A stretch of 64,000 bases of DNA from an uncultured Gemmatimonadales bacterium (GTDB lineage Bacteria; Gemmatimonadota; Gemmatimonadetes; Gemmatimonadales; GWC2-71-9). A program made the translations under genes and the position numbers. This document shows positions 28,851-38,848 of this stretch, one piece after another. The stretch is from assembly GCA_963842945.1 (NCBI GenBank), contig CAWJIM010000023.1:416001-480000 (forward strand), read 5' to 3'. The first letter of the stretch is position 1; each line of letters opens with the position of its first letter. The notes beneath the pieces are model-generated. The model worked only from the letters and a program-made list of their open reading frames with translations, had not been told where the DNA came from and made no database searches.

Positions 28851-30013
28851 AGTGACTCCAGCACCTCGACCACGCGCGCCATATCGCTCGCGTCATTATA
28901 GGCATGCGGGCTGAGCCGGATGGCACCCTCCCGCAAACTGCAGATGATTCGCGCTGCCTTCAGCGCCCTGAAGGCCTCGCCCACGTTGGACGGTGCGATA
29001 CACAGGATCCCTGATGCGCGCTCACCCTGGGGGGAAACGATCCGCGCGCCGCTCCGGACTGCCCACGACAGCACGACCTGCTGCAAGGCGCACAGGTGCC
29101 GTTGAATGCGGGGAATGCCCAGCTCCAGCAGCAGCTCAACCGAGGCGTTCATGCCGGCAAAGTCCTGATACGGCAGGGTGATCAGCTCGAATCGACGAGC
29201 ATCTCCGCGCAGGGTGTCATTGTACTGGGTGAGTCGGCTGAAATCGTCCGTCCCCTCGTACGCCATCCAGCCGGTGATGGCCGGCGTCAGTTGCCGGATC
29301 AGCTCGCGACGCACGTACACGAAGCCAGATCCCCAGGGCGACAGCAGCCACTTCTGCGCCCCGCAGGCCATGAGGTCCACCGGCGTTGCGCCCACATCAA
29401 CCGGGATCTGGCCTACGCCCTGGATGGCGTCGACCACGAGGTACGTCCCGGCAGCGCGGGTGGCCGCGGACAGCCGCGCCAGGTCGACAGCATAGCCATT
29501 GCTAAACTGGACCAGTGATACCGCCAGGACCCTGACTCGAGGGTCCCTGAGCCGCTCGACCAGGTAATCCTCATCCGGCCAGCCACCGGGCGTGGTGGGA
29601 GCAAGCTCCAGCGTCACCCCATTCTCCTTCAGGAGCATCCAGGGATACACGTTGGCGGGGAATTCCTTATCGCTGGTGAGGACGATGTCCCCTGGACGGA
29701 GCGGAAGCGCCCGGGCGGCCAAACTCAGTCCGAACCCGGTGTTCAGTGTAAGAGCGATCTCCTCGGGTACCGCCCCAATCAGCTGTGCTGAGAGACGGCG
29801 GGACTCGGCGAGGGTGTGCATGAGATCGCGATCCGGGAGCTGAAACGGAGCGGCTCGCTTGCGGTTAAATGTCTCCAGCGCAACCCGGGTGCGCTCCGGG
29901 AGAGGACCGACACTCGCGTGGTTCAAGTACACCGTCTCGGCGGTCCAGGGAAACTCTCGCTGGCGAAGGCCGGCCACATCGTATTCCGGAACCACGTGGG
30001 TGGCAGGACTCAT
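28847..30013 (-). CDS. Aminotransferase class V PLP enzyme (cysteine desulfurase / IPN epimerase-like)
   Basis: YLNHASVGP, VVDAIQGVG, GAQKWLLSPWG, IRLSPHAYN. Confidence 0.9.
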   Translation of the reverse strand: MSPATHVVPEYDVAGLRQREFPWTAETVYLNHASVGPLPERTRVALETFNRKRAAPFQLPDRDLMHTLAESRRLSAQLIGAVPEEIALTLNTGFGLSLAARALPLRPGDIVLTSDKEFPANVYPWMLLKENGVTLELAPTTPGGWPDEDYLVERLRDPRVRVLAVSLVQFSNGYAVDLARLSAATRAAGTYLVVDAIQGVGQIPVDVGATPVDLMACGAQKWLLSPWGSGFVYVRRELIRQLTPAITGWMAYEGTDDFSRLTQYNDTLRGDARRFELITLPYQDFAGMNASVELLLELGIPRIQRHLCALQQVVLSWAVRSGARIVSPQGERASGILCIAPSNVGEAFRALKAARIICSLREGAIRLSPHAYNDASDMARVVEVLESL

Positions 30014-30855
30014 CGCTCGCTCCGGAGTCGTGGATCATAGGCTTCCCGGAGGCCATCACCCACGAGATTGAAGCCCAACACCGCGATGCCGATTGCCAGG
30101 CCGGGGGCGAACGAGATCCAGGGAGCCACCCGCAGCAGGTCTCGCCCGTCGGCCACCATCGCCCCCCAGCTTGGGGTGGGAGGCTGAGCTCCCAGTCCCA
30201 CAAAGGACAGGGCGGCTTCGGCCATGATCGCACCGGCGATCCCCAGGGTTGCCGCTATGATCACCTGGGTGCGCACGTTGGGTAGAAGGTGGCGAAGAAG
30301 GACCCGCCGGTCGCGAGCCCCTAGCGCCTGGGCGGCGGCCACGAACTCGGATCGACGAAGCACCAGCACCTGGCTCCGTACCAGTCGCGCCATCCCGGCC
30401 CACCCTACGACTCCGATCACCACGAACACCAGCGGAAGCGAGGGCTTCACCGCAGCAGCTACGGCGATCAAGAGCAGCAGGGTTGGGAAGGCGAGAGTGA
30501 TGTCGGCCAGGCGCATCACCAGGGCGTCAACCCAACGTCCGTAATATCCCGCGAGCAAGCCGAGCAGCACACCGATCGTCACGGATACCGATTGCGAGAT
30601 GAGTCCGACGGATAACGACAAGCGGGCTCCGTAGAGGACTCGGCTGAGGACATCACGCCCCTGGGTATCGGTTCCCAGCCAGAACCGGGACCCGGGGGAG
30701 ATCAGGTAAGCCCCCCGCAAGTCGCCGGTAAGCGGGTCATGAGGGGACACCCAAGGCGCCAGCAGGGCCGCTGCGACCACCAGCGTCACGAACAGCAGAC
30801 CGAGCTGAAAGAACCGGTCCGTCCGGAGCTTCTCGGCCAGAGGACTTTGTCGCAT
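30010..30855 (-). CDS. Peptide ABC transporter permease (DppC/OppC-like)
   Basis: LGTDTQGRDVLSR, EAA-like loop EFVAAAQALGA, EAALSFVGLG..PSWG, GDGLREAYDPR. Confidence 0.92.
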   Translation of the reverse strand: MRQSPLAEKLRTDRFFQLGLLFVTLVVAAALLAPWVSPHDPLTGDLRGAYLISPGSRFWLGTDTQGRDVLSRVLYGARLSLSVGLISQSVSVTIGVLLGLLAGYYGRWVDALVMRLADITLAFPTLLLLIAVAAAVKPSLPLVFVVIGVVGWAGMARLVRSQVLVLRRSEFVAAAQALGARDRRVLLRHLLPNVRTQVIIAATLGIAGAIMAEAALSFVGLGAQPPTPSWGAMVADGRDLLRVAPWISFAPGLAIGIAVLGFNLVGDGLREAYDPRLRSER

Positions 30856-30971
30856 CCTGCTCCTGTGACGTGCGTTACGCGCCGTGAGGTAGGAATGGCA
30901 CAGGACCAGCTGGACCATTCCCAGGCCCCCACCAGTGCATGATTCTTGCAAACTAGCTCCGGTTCGATGCG

Positions 30972-32060
30972 ATGTCGCGAACCTCTGTGGGAGAACCGGT
31001 GATACCCGACAGTCCGTTTACCCTGGTACTGAGCGGTGGTGGGCTCAAAGGACTGGCCCATATCGGGGTTCTCCGCGCCCTCGAGGAACGGGAACTGGTC
31101 CCGAGCCTGGTAGTCGGTTCCAGCATTGGCTCCCTGATCGCTGCCGCCTGGGCTGCCGGGGTGCCAACCCCACGGATGGAGGCGCGGGCTCGGCTGGTCC
31201 GCCGCCGGGACGTCTTTCAGGTGGCCCGCGCCGACGTGGCCTTCCGCCGTCTCCTCGCTCCCGCCCTGTATCGCCGTGAACCGCTGGAGGCTCTGATCGA
31301 CTACCTCGTGGGTGACGTCACCTTCGACGATCTGCCACGCCGCCTACTGATCAATACCGTGGACCTGCATTCGGGCATGCAGGTGATGTGGGGACTTCCG
31401 GGGCTCCGCAGCACCCGGGTTGCCGATGCGGTGGCGGCTTCCTGTGCCCTGCCCGGGATCTTTCCACCGATGGAGATCAACGGCCGCGCCTACGTAGACG
31501 GCGCCGTGATTGAGAACCTGCCCGTCCGGATGGCTGCTTCTCTGGGCCAGGGTCCCATTCTGGCTATCAACGTAGCGGCAACCAGCGTGCTCCGCTCCGA
31601 GACCGAGACCCGGGGGTTTGCCGCCACCTATATCCGAGGACTCGAGATCGTAATGCAGACCCAGATCGAGGCCCAGCTGCGAGACTGGAAGGGTCCACCT
31701 CTGGTGCTGGTGCAGCCGCGGGTCGAGCACATCTCCATGTTCGCGTTCGACAAGACGGCGGAGTTGATCGAGGCGGGGTACCGAGCTACCGCGAGCACGC
31801 TGGACCAGCTGGGCACCCGGCTCAGTGGCGTCACCGGCGGCATGCACCCGACACGGCGACTCCGAGTTTTGGTAGACGAGTCTCGCTGCGTGGGATGTGG
31901 CAGCTGTGTCATTCAGGCACCTCAGGTGTTCCGTCTCGACGCGCGCGGCAAGGCCGAGGTACTCACCCCGGTACAGACCTGGTCTCCTATCGATGGCGCC
32001 TACGTGCTGAACTGTCCCACGTACGCCATCAGCGTGCGTCCGGAAGACTCAGCGGCCTGA
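30972..32060 (+). CDS. Patatin-like phospholipase fused to a C-terminal ferredoxin-like Fe-S domain
   Basis: LSGGGLKG, GSSIG, YVDGA; then CVGCGSC...NCPTYAISV. Confidence 0.88.
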   Translation: MSRTSVGEPVIPDSPFTLVLSGGGLKGLAHIGVLRALEERELVPSLVVGSSIGSLIAAAWAAGVPTPRMEARARLVRRRDVFQVARADVAFRRLLAPALYRREPLEALIDYLVGDVTFDDLPRRLLINTVDLHSGMQVMWGLPGLRSTRVADAVAASCALPGIFPPMEINGRAYVDGAVIENLPVRMAASLGQGPILAINVAATSVLRSETETRGFAATYIRGLEIVMQTQIEAQLRDWKGPPLVLVQPRVEHISMFAFDKTAELIEAGYRATASTLDQLGTRLSGVTGGMHPTRRLRVLVDESRCVGCGSCVIQAPQVFRLDARGKAEVLTPVQTWSPIDGAYVLNCPTYAISVRPEDSAA

Positions 32061-33227
32061 CCGGCCACATTCCTGTCCGATAGCACCGACATCGGCAGCC
32101 ACCCGATCCCAATTGTAGTAACTCTCCACCGCCTGCCGGCCCGCGGCCCCCAAGGCCGAAGCCTTCTGGGGGTTGTCCAGAAGCTGCCGCACGGCTGCCG
32201 CGATGCCCGCCGGTTGTTCGGGATCGACCAAGATTCCCGTCTCTCCATGGCGCACGGCATCGGAAACACCACCGCTGTTCCCGGCGATCACTGGTATCCC
32301 GGAGGCCGAGGCCTCGACCAGTGAAATTCCGAACCCTTCTACTCGCTCATCCAGCAGGCGGGACAAGCCCAGATAGACTTCCGCGCAATTATATAGCGCC
32401 GGCAGATCGGCATCGGGCACTGGGGTGAGAAACCGGGTCCGATCGGCGACTCCGAGTGACCGACTGAGCCTCTCCAGAGTCGCCAGATAGTCTCCCGAAC
32501 CGATCACCGCGTAGCCGAGGTCGGGGTATTGGGGCGCGAGCTGTGCCAGAACTTGTAGGCCGGTATCGATTCCCTTATGCCGGGTGAGCCGCGCCACCGA
32601 GATCAGCCAGCGGCGCTGCTCCAGCCCGTAGCGCCGGCGGACGTCGGACGAATCGATGCCGGGATGAAAGACCACCGGGTCCGCACCGAGAGGGACGGTA
32701 CGAACCCGATCATTTCCTGCAACCCCGAGTTGCTCCAGCACAGCCCGACAAAGCGCTGCGGTCCAGGAGCTATTCGCCACAAGAACCGAAGCCGACTGAA
32801 CCAGGCCACGCGCCGTCCGGCGCTTGACCATCGAACGCTCGATTTGCCGGCGCAGGATGAGCAGATCGCCGCCGTGGAGGAAGACTCCATATGGAATTCC
32901 GGTGCGCATCCTGGTCCAACGGGCGGGATACGCCGCCGGCTTGAGATTTCCGCACCAGATGAACTCGGGAGAGAGTCGTCGAGCAAGCGTCTCGACTCTC
33001 CGAGACCAGCGCCAGGTACCCTGCAGTGTCCGGAGGCGAGCCGCGGGAATGGGCAGCCGGTCAATCGGGCTCCGGAGCAGCCGGTCGGTCTCCTCGCTGC
33101 CGGGATACTGACCGGTCGAGACGACGAGCGAGCCCGGTGGACTGCGCCGGGCCAGCTCGCCCATCCAGCGGGCGATGCCTCCTCCCATCGGAGGGAAGTC
33201 ATGAACGAGAAGGAGCTGCTCGGACAT
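32049..33227 (-). CDS. GT4 glycosyltransferase (PimB-like)
   Basis: DFPPMGGGIA, RLTRHKG, EGFGISLVEASASG. Confidence 0.9.
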   Translation of the reverse strand: MSEQLLLVHDFPPMGGGIARWMGELARRSPPGSLVVSTGQYPGSEETDRLLRSPIDRLPIPAARLRTLQGTWRWSRRVETLARRLSPEFIWCGNLKPAAYPARWTRMRTGIPYGVFLHGGDLLILRRQIERSMVKRRTARGLVQSASVLVANSSWTAALCRAVLEQLGVAGNDRVRTVPLGADPVVFHPGIDSSDVRRRYGLEQRRWLISVARLTRHKGIDTGLQVLAQLAPQYPDLGYAVIGSGDYLATLERLSRSLGVADRTRFLTPVPDADLPALYNCAEVYLGLSRLLDERVEGFGISLVEASASGIPVIAGNSGGVSDAVRHGETGILVDPEQPAGIAAAVRQLLDNPQKASALGAAGRQAVESYYNWDRVAADVGAIGQECGRSGR

Positions 33228-34308
33228 GGCCTGAGGCCTGCTCAATCGCCTCGGCATAAGATTGCTGCATCTGGCGCAGCGAGAATTTCCGGGCTCGCTC
33301 CTGAGCGGCCTGGCCGAGGGTTCGTCGCCGAGAAGGATTGGACATGAGACTCCGGAGGGCGGCCGCATAACCGTCGGGATCGTTCGTCGGAATCAGCACC
33401 CCCGCATCACCCAGTACCTCAGGCACTGCACCGCCGCCGACGGCAATTACTGGGCACCCGCACGACATCGCCTCGAGCACGCTCAAACCGAAGGTTTCGA
33501 TCTCGCAGGCGTGAACGAAGAGGGTTGCGGCGGAATAGGCACCGGGCAAAAGATCGGTTTCCACCAGCCCCAGGAACCGCGCATTGACGTGGAGCGCGGT
33601 CGCCTGAGCGCGCAGCCTATCTTCCAGAGGACCCCCGCCGCAGATGACGAGCAACGGAGCCTCGGGCCCGAGGCGGCGCATCACCTCGAAAAGAAACTCG
33701 TAGCGCTTGTCGGCGGTGAGCGATCCGACCGCGAGCACGAAACCCTGAGGCGCCAGATCGTAGCGGCGGCAAAACTCCCGAGCCCTCACCTGGTCCGGCT
33801 GAAACGCGCGATCCACCCCTTCGGGGATGACTTGGTAGGGTCGCCTCCGCAGATACGCTGCCCGGCTCAGAGCTTGTTGCGCGTTGCTCTCACTGACGAA
33901 GACGGTGAGCTGAACGGCAAAGTAGGCCAAACGGCTCAGCAGATCTCTCGGCGGGCTTTCGCGACTGAGGTTGTATCGGTTGATCAGAGCCAGCGGGTGA
34001 ATCAGCTGTGCCAACGCTCCCAGCCGCAAATCCCTGGGTCGGTCCACAACCAGGCAGTTGGCTTGCAGCGCGCGGAGAGCCCGGGCCAGTGCTCGCGCGG
34101 CCTGAAGTCCCGTGTTCCTGGTGGGGACCCGGCTGGCTGGCAGTCCACGGCGCTCAAATTCCTGCAGAACGGGTGACTCCCCAGCGAGCATGTGAACTCG
34201 ATGCCCTCGCCCGATCAAGCCCTGGGCTATATGACAGAGACTTACTCCTGAACCGCGCCAGGCTCGCGCGGAGGTCAGAAACGCCACACTAAGGGGAGGA
34301 GGGGCCAT
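33199..34308 (-). CDS. GT4 glycosyltransferase
   Basis: AWRGSG, ETFGLSVLEAMSCGCPVI. Confidence 0.9.
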   Translation of the reverse strand: MAPPPLSVAFLTSARAWRGSGVSLCHIAQGLIGRGHRVHMLAGESPVLQEFERRGLPASRVPTRNTGLQAARALARALRALQANCLVVDRPRDLRLGALAQLIHPLALINRYNLSRESPPRDLLSRLAYFAVQLTVFVSESNAQQALSRAAYLRRRPYQVIPEGVDRAFQPDQVRAREFCRRYDLAPQGFVLAVGSLTADKRYEFLFEVMRRLGPEAPLLVICGGGPLEDRLRAQATALHVNARFLGLVETDLLPGAYSAATLFVHACEIETFGLSVLEAMSCGCPVIAVGGGAVPEVLGDAGVLIPTNDPDGYAAALRSLMSNPSRRRTLGQAAQERARKFSLRQMQQSYAEAIEQASGHVRAAPSRS

Positions 34309-35065
34309 TCATCCTTGGTCGATCCAGAGCCCAGAGGTGGGCGTATTTGAGGAATGCCGTATACGCTCCCAGCGACGACGCTACCACACCCGACAACCCA
34401 TCCCGGCAGCTGCCCTGGAGGAAGTACGACCGCAGAAAACGTCCCATCGGTCGGCCGGTCAGATCCCAAACTCCGGCTCTGCGGCCGGCTTGGTAGAGAT
34501 CTTCGGCCCCCCAGCGGGCATACCGGTTCATCTTTTCCAGCTGATGCGAGAGATCTCGATAGGGAATGTGGTCCAGACATCCCGTCAAATAGCCGGTTTC
34601 CGGTACGGACTCGAGCCGCTCGTGGACCCGCTGCTCGATGTATCGCCGGTCGCGGGTAAAGAGCCGGACCACCCAGTCCTTCCCCCAATGGCCCCGGGTA
34701 ACCTCCTTACCCAGGAAAAAATTGCGGCGCCGGATCCGGTAAGCCCCATGAGACGGAGTCCCGATTACCCGGGGGATCTCCTCTCGCAGCTCCGGAGTGA
34801 TTCGCTCGTCGGCATCGACAGCCAATATCCACTTGTTTCTCGAGCGGGAGATCGCGGCGTTGCGCTGGGCGGCAATAGTCGGACCCCGCTGTACCAAGAC
34901 AACGGCACCCTGTCTTTCCGCTATGGAAACAGTAGCATCCGTCGACCCAGCATCGGCCACGATGATTTCGTCCGCCCATGCCGCGGTCCCGATGCACTCC
35001 GCGATTTGCTCTGCTTCATTGAGCGTCGGGATGATCACGGTCACCGGGACCGCGGACTGGTCCAT
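34289..35065 (-). CDS. GT2 glycosyltransferase (LPS core, KdtX/LgtF-like)
   Basis: IIPTLNE, DAGSTD, QRN, DADE, VHE, KY at C-terminus. Confidence 0.9.
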   Translation of the reverse strand: MDQSAVPVTVIIPTLNEAEQIAECIGTAAWADEIIVADAGSTDATVSIAERQGAVVLVQRGPTIAAQRNAAISRSRNKWILAVDADERITPELREEIPRVIGTPSHGAYRIRRRNFFLGKEVTRGHWGKDWVVRLFTRDRRYIEQRVHERLESVPETGYLTGCLDHIPYRDLSHQLEKMNRYARWGAEDLYQAGRRAGVWDLTGRPMGRFLRSYFLQGSCRDGLSGVVASSLGAYTAFLKYAHLWALDRPRMNGPSSP

Positions 35066-35068
35066 GGC

Positions 35069-35833
35069 TCAAGCCGGCCTTTGAGCCACCACCATGAGCG
35101 TGCGTCCAAAGAGCAGATCGGGTGACAGCATGTGCGCAGCAATCTCCGCATTCGACTGGACCTGGAGGGGATCGGACTCCCGGCTGAGAGCCTGACGGGT
35201 GGCAGCCCGAACCAAGGGGACGGCCCACCCATGCAGCAGACCATACTTGCGAATGCGGTCGGTGGTGACCTGAACGACACTGAACCCCGTGGTGCGGAGG
35301 ATGTAGCGCAGCTCGTAATAGGTGATGAGGTGGATGTGATCGTGAATCGGGGCCTTCCGGTGCTCGTTCATCGGCTTGGTTGCGAGCGGGAAGAATCCGG
35401 TCCAGAAGTACCGCCACCGGGAGGCCAGGCCAAGGATGTTGGGGGTAGAAAGGAGGAGGCGGCCTCCGGGCCGGAGCACCCGCCAGCACTCGCGGATGAA
35501 GGCGAACTGGTCCTCCAGGTGCTCGATACCCTCGAGACACGACAGCACGTCGAAGCTGCCGTCGTCGTAGGGAAGCCGTTCCGAGAGATCGGCGAATTTG
35601 ACGGGGATCTCCGGCACCCGGAACTGCTCGGGAAAGAGATCGCACGCCTCTACCCTAAACCCGAGCTCCCGAATCCGGCGGGCAAACGCGCCGCTTCCCG
35701 CCGCCATATCCAACACCCGGCCGGCTCGGGGCCAGGCGGCAAAGATTTTCTCTGCGCGATCGTGGGTCTTATGACAGGCGTAGACCGGAAGTCGCTCGGG
35801 CGCGGTGGCCGCGGCGGGAGAAGAGATTCCCAC
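35069..35833 (-). CDS. Class I SAM-dependent methyltransferase
   Basis: VLDMAAGSG, EGIEHL, RVLRPGGRLLLSTPN. Confidence 0.88.
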   Translation of the reverse strand: MGISSPAAATAPERLPVYACHKTHDRAEKIFAAWPRAGRVLDMAAGSGAFARRIRELGFRVEACDLFPEQFRVPEIPVKFADLSERLPYDDGSFDVLSCLEGIEHLEDQFAFIRECWRVLRPGGRLLLSTPNILGLASRWRYFWTGFFPLATKPMNEHRKAPIHDHIHLITYYELRYILRTTGFSVVQVTTDRIRKYGLLHGWAVPLVRAATRQALSRESDPLQVQSNAEIAAHMLSPDLLFGRTLMVVAQRPA

Positions 35834-35835
35834 GG

Positions 35836-36702
35836 TCAGACGAGTTTGTAATTGCGGAACTCGAAGACCCGCGCGCCCGTCAGACGCTCGATGGCGTCTG
35901 ATGCATAGAAACGCAGATGTTCGGCCCGGAAGTGGGGCGGCTCAACCCGGCGCTCGGGATCGTGACGCCGGGCATCGACCCACCGCCGCGCCACTGCAGG
36001 GTGGGTCCCGCGAAACGATCGAAGGCCGGGAAACCAGGGCAATAATGGCCGTCCGGCCTCACGATCCTTGGACCAAGGGTAGAGAACCTGGCTGGCTTCC
36101 CGCTTTGATCTGAGCGCCTGGGCCGGTCGGGCCCAGCCGTAGTGGAACATCTCCGCATTGGTAAGGCGGGCCCGGATCTTTCGATGGTTGGGCCCTACCC
36201 GAAAACCCTGCGCGCCCTGATAGGGCCGAATATCCAGCGCTGGGTCGAGCCGTACCGCCCGGACCTCACGCCGGTACCACCGGCGGTTGAGCGCGATGGT
36301 ATCCAGATCTCCGTAGAAGTGCAGGTACCTCACCAGGAGCCCTTCCACTCTGCCGTCCCGATCGTGTTCCTCTATTGCACGAGCCAGGCGCTCGGCACCC
36401 GATTCGTGGAGAACTTCGTCAGCCTGGATGTAGATGCCCCATGGGTGCCGGCACGCGCGCATGGCGCGCAGGGTCTCATCGCCGAGCACCTTGTTCTTGA
36501 TTGTCATGTCCCACTCGGTTTCCAAAATCCGGATCCGGGGATCGCCGATCGATTGGACCAGGGCAAGGGTGTCGTCATCCGAGCGGCCGACGTTGACCAC
36601 CACCTCATCACAAATCGGCAGCAGCGATCGAATGCTCGCCTCCAGAGGAAAGTCGAGCCTGATAGCGTTCCTGACGATGGTAAATCCTGACAGCTTGGCC
36701 AC
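35836..36702 (-). CDS. GT2-like glycosyltransferase
   Basis: LSGFTIVRNA..DFP, SDDDT, IQADE, HYGW; GTG at 36702. Confidence 0.85.
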   Translation of the reverse strand: MAKLSGFTIVRNAIRLDFPLEASIRSLLPICDEVVVNVGRSDDDTLALVQSIGDPRIRILETEWDMTIKNKVLGDETLRAMRACRHPWGIYIQADEVLHESGAERLARAIEEHDRDGRVEGLLVRYLHFYGDLDTIALNRRWYRREVRAVRLDPALDIRPYQGAQGFRVGPNHRKIRARLTNAEMFHYGWARPAQALRSKREASQVLYPWSKDREAGRPLLPWFPGLRSFRGTHPAVARRWVDARRHDPERRVEPPHFRAEHLRFYASDAIERLTGARVFEFRNYKLV

Positions 36703-36778
36703 GCGGCGCCTCGTCACTGCGGGTTCTGTCGCACGGTGCACCAATTTCGCCGCAGAGCTGTGCCGGAGCAACGGCTCT

Positions 36779-37861
36779 TCAGTGGTCGAGAACGGCTCTG
36801 TACAATGCGGCGGTTCGCTGGATGGTTCGGGATAGGGAGTACTTCTCGCGGGCTGTCGTCCGGGCTGCCTCGGCCATCTGCCTGACCTCGCGCGGGGTGG
36901 CCAGGAGCAGCTCGATGGCGCGGGCCCATTCAGCGGGATCCTCCGCCGGTACCAGTCTGCCGTCGGCCCCGTCGGTTATCACGTCGAGATTGCCCGTGGC
37001 CGCGGACGCGATCACGGGCTTCCCTAGCGCCATCGCCTCGAGCAGCGCCTGGGATAGGCCTTCGGAGCGGGAGGGCAGCAGCACCAGCTCGAGCAAGTCG
37101 TAGAGCGGCCGGACCTCAGGGGTAAAGGGCACACAGACGACCGCGTGGGGCCCCGGGACTGTCCGGGCTTCGCGGCCGATCTCGCTCGCCGGGTCCACCC
37201 CGGCAAGCACCAGCCGCACCGGCGTTGCAACCCGCTCGAGAGCCCGGAGCACAACCATCTGGTCCTTGGGCCGCGCCACTATCCCGATCGTTCGGCGGGA
37301 AGGCTCCCAAGCAATGCGTTCACGCCACCAGGCCAGGGCCTCCTCCGAGACCTGAACATCGATCCGCTCGGTGATCACACCGTTGGGAATGACCACCAGC
37401 TTGCGACGAGGGGTTCCTCGCCGCACCAGCGCCTCCCCCACGGCTCGGCTTACGGCGACCATGCGAGCAGCCGCTTTGCTGGTGACCCAGTTGGCGACAA
37501 ACAGCGTCTGCGGCATCTGCCTGCGGGTGGCGACAAACGGGGTGCGAAGGCGGCCGGTCAGCGCCAGCAGGGTAAGGGCCTGACGGTCTCTGGCACTCTG
37601 CGAGTTGATCAGGTCTACCGGGTGGGCCTTCAACAGCTCAGCGAGCTTGTCGGCGTTGCTCCAGGCCCGCCTGGGCTCGAGCAACAGTGGATGCACTTCC
37701 AATCCACCGGCCCGGGCCAGACGCTCGACCTCGGAATGGGGCGGGCAGACGAAGCGGATACCGAAGCCCGCCTGCGCGAGACCCAGACTCAGATGCAGCG
37801 TCGAGGCAACCGAGCCGGCCCCACCCCCCTGATGCAGCACCTGCATGATCGTGGTCGTCAC
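36779..37861 (-). CDS. GT4 glycosyltransferase
   Basis: VIPNGV, LPSRSEGLSQALLEAMALGKPVI. Confidence 0.9.
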   Translation of the reverse strand: MTTTIMQVLHQGGGAGSVASTLHLSLGLAQAGFGIRFVCPPHSEVERLARAGGLEVHPLLLEPRRAWSNADKLAELLKAHPVDLINSQSARDRQALTLLALTGRLRTPFVATRRQMPQTLFVANWVTSKAAARMVAVSRAVGEALVRRGTPRRKLVVIPNGVITERIDVQVSEEALAWWRERIAWEPSRRTIGIVARPKDQMVVLRALERVATPVRLVLAGVDPASEIGREARTVPGPHAVVCVPFTPEVRPLYDLLELVLLPSRSEGLSQALLEAMALGKPVIASAATGNLDVITDGADGRLVPAEDPAEWARAIELLLATPREVRQMAEAARTTAREKYSLSRTIQRTAALYRAVLDH

Positions 37862-37908
37862 ACCGGTCGAATGGCGAGGGCTGAGGGCCACCAGTACATT
37901 GCCGCCGC

Positions 37909-38848
37909 ATGCACGTCGCCCTGTACGTTCATAGTCTACTGCCAGCTCGGGGATACGGCGGTACACAGCGAGTCGTGGTCTGGCTGGCGCGCGGCCTGGC
38001 CGAGCTGGGCCATCGGGTCACCCTGTTGGCGCTCGGTGGCTCGCGAGTGCCCGAGGCTCAACTGGTTCCGCTGGATCCGAAGCAGCTGAGGAGCCGCGAC
38101 TACGATATCTCTCCTCAGGTTCCTGAGTCGGCCGACATCCTGCACGCCCACACTCCCCTGATCAGGCCATCGACGCAGCCCTACGTCTTCACCCTTCATG
38201 GCAACCTCCGCGAGGGAGTGACGCCACCTCACAATTCGATCTTTCTCAGCGCGAGCCACGCCCGGCGTCATGGAAGAACTGCTTTCGTATACAACGGAGT
38301 GGATCCGGCCGATTACCTCGTCCAGTCAAGCAAGGAGTCCTACGATCTGTTTCTCGGCCGGCTGCACAGCGTGAAAGGTTACCGCTGGGCCATCGAGGGC
38401 GCCAAGCGATCCGGCAAGCGGCTGGTCATCGCCGGTGGGTGGAGACCCAGTCTCCGGCCATCCCTCCGATTTGCGGGATCGGTCGATGGCCAGCGCAAGG
38501 CGGCCCTGCTCGCCCGCGCCGAGTGCCTGTGGATGCCGGCGCTTTGGGACGAACCGTTCGGCCTCACGCTGGTGGAGGCACTGGCAAGTGGCACCCCCGT
38601 GCTGGGAACGAGGCGCGGCGCGCTCCCGGAAGTGATATCGCCCGAGGTGGGAGCCTTGGGAGACACACTGGAGGACCTGGTTCGGCTCAGATCAACGATC
38701 GGAGAATGCCGGCCTGATGCGTGCCGCGCGAGGGTGGAACGCTGGTTTACCCAACCGGAGAATGGCTGAGGAATACGTCCGCATGTACCAGCATTACCTC
38801 AAGACCGGCAGCCTTCCTCCGGGGAGGGGCACAGAGGAGCCGGGCTAA
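37909..38848 (+). CDS. GT4 glycosyltransferase, frameshift near the 3' end (~38753)
   Basis: YGGTQRVV, YNGVD, WDEPFGLTLVEALASGTPV; tail RMAEEYVRMY in another frame, ending TAA 38848. Confidence 0.85.

Noticed and set aside
27312..32060. CBASS or HerA-type antiphage system (patatin, HerA-like ATPase)
   Set aside because: No nucleotide cyclase, Sir2 or nuclease partner; DUF853 is a widespread housekeeping-type family and the two genes are in separate divergent units
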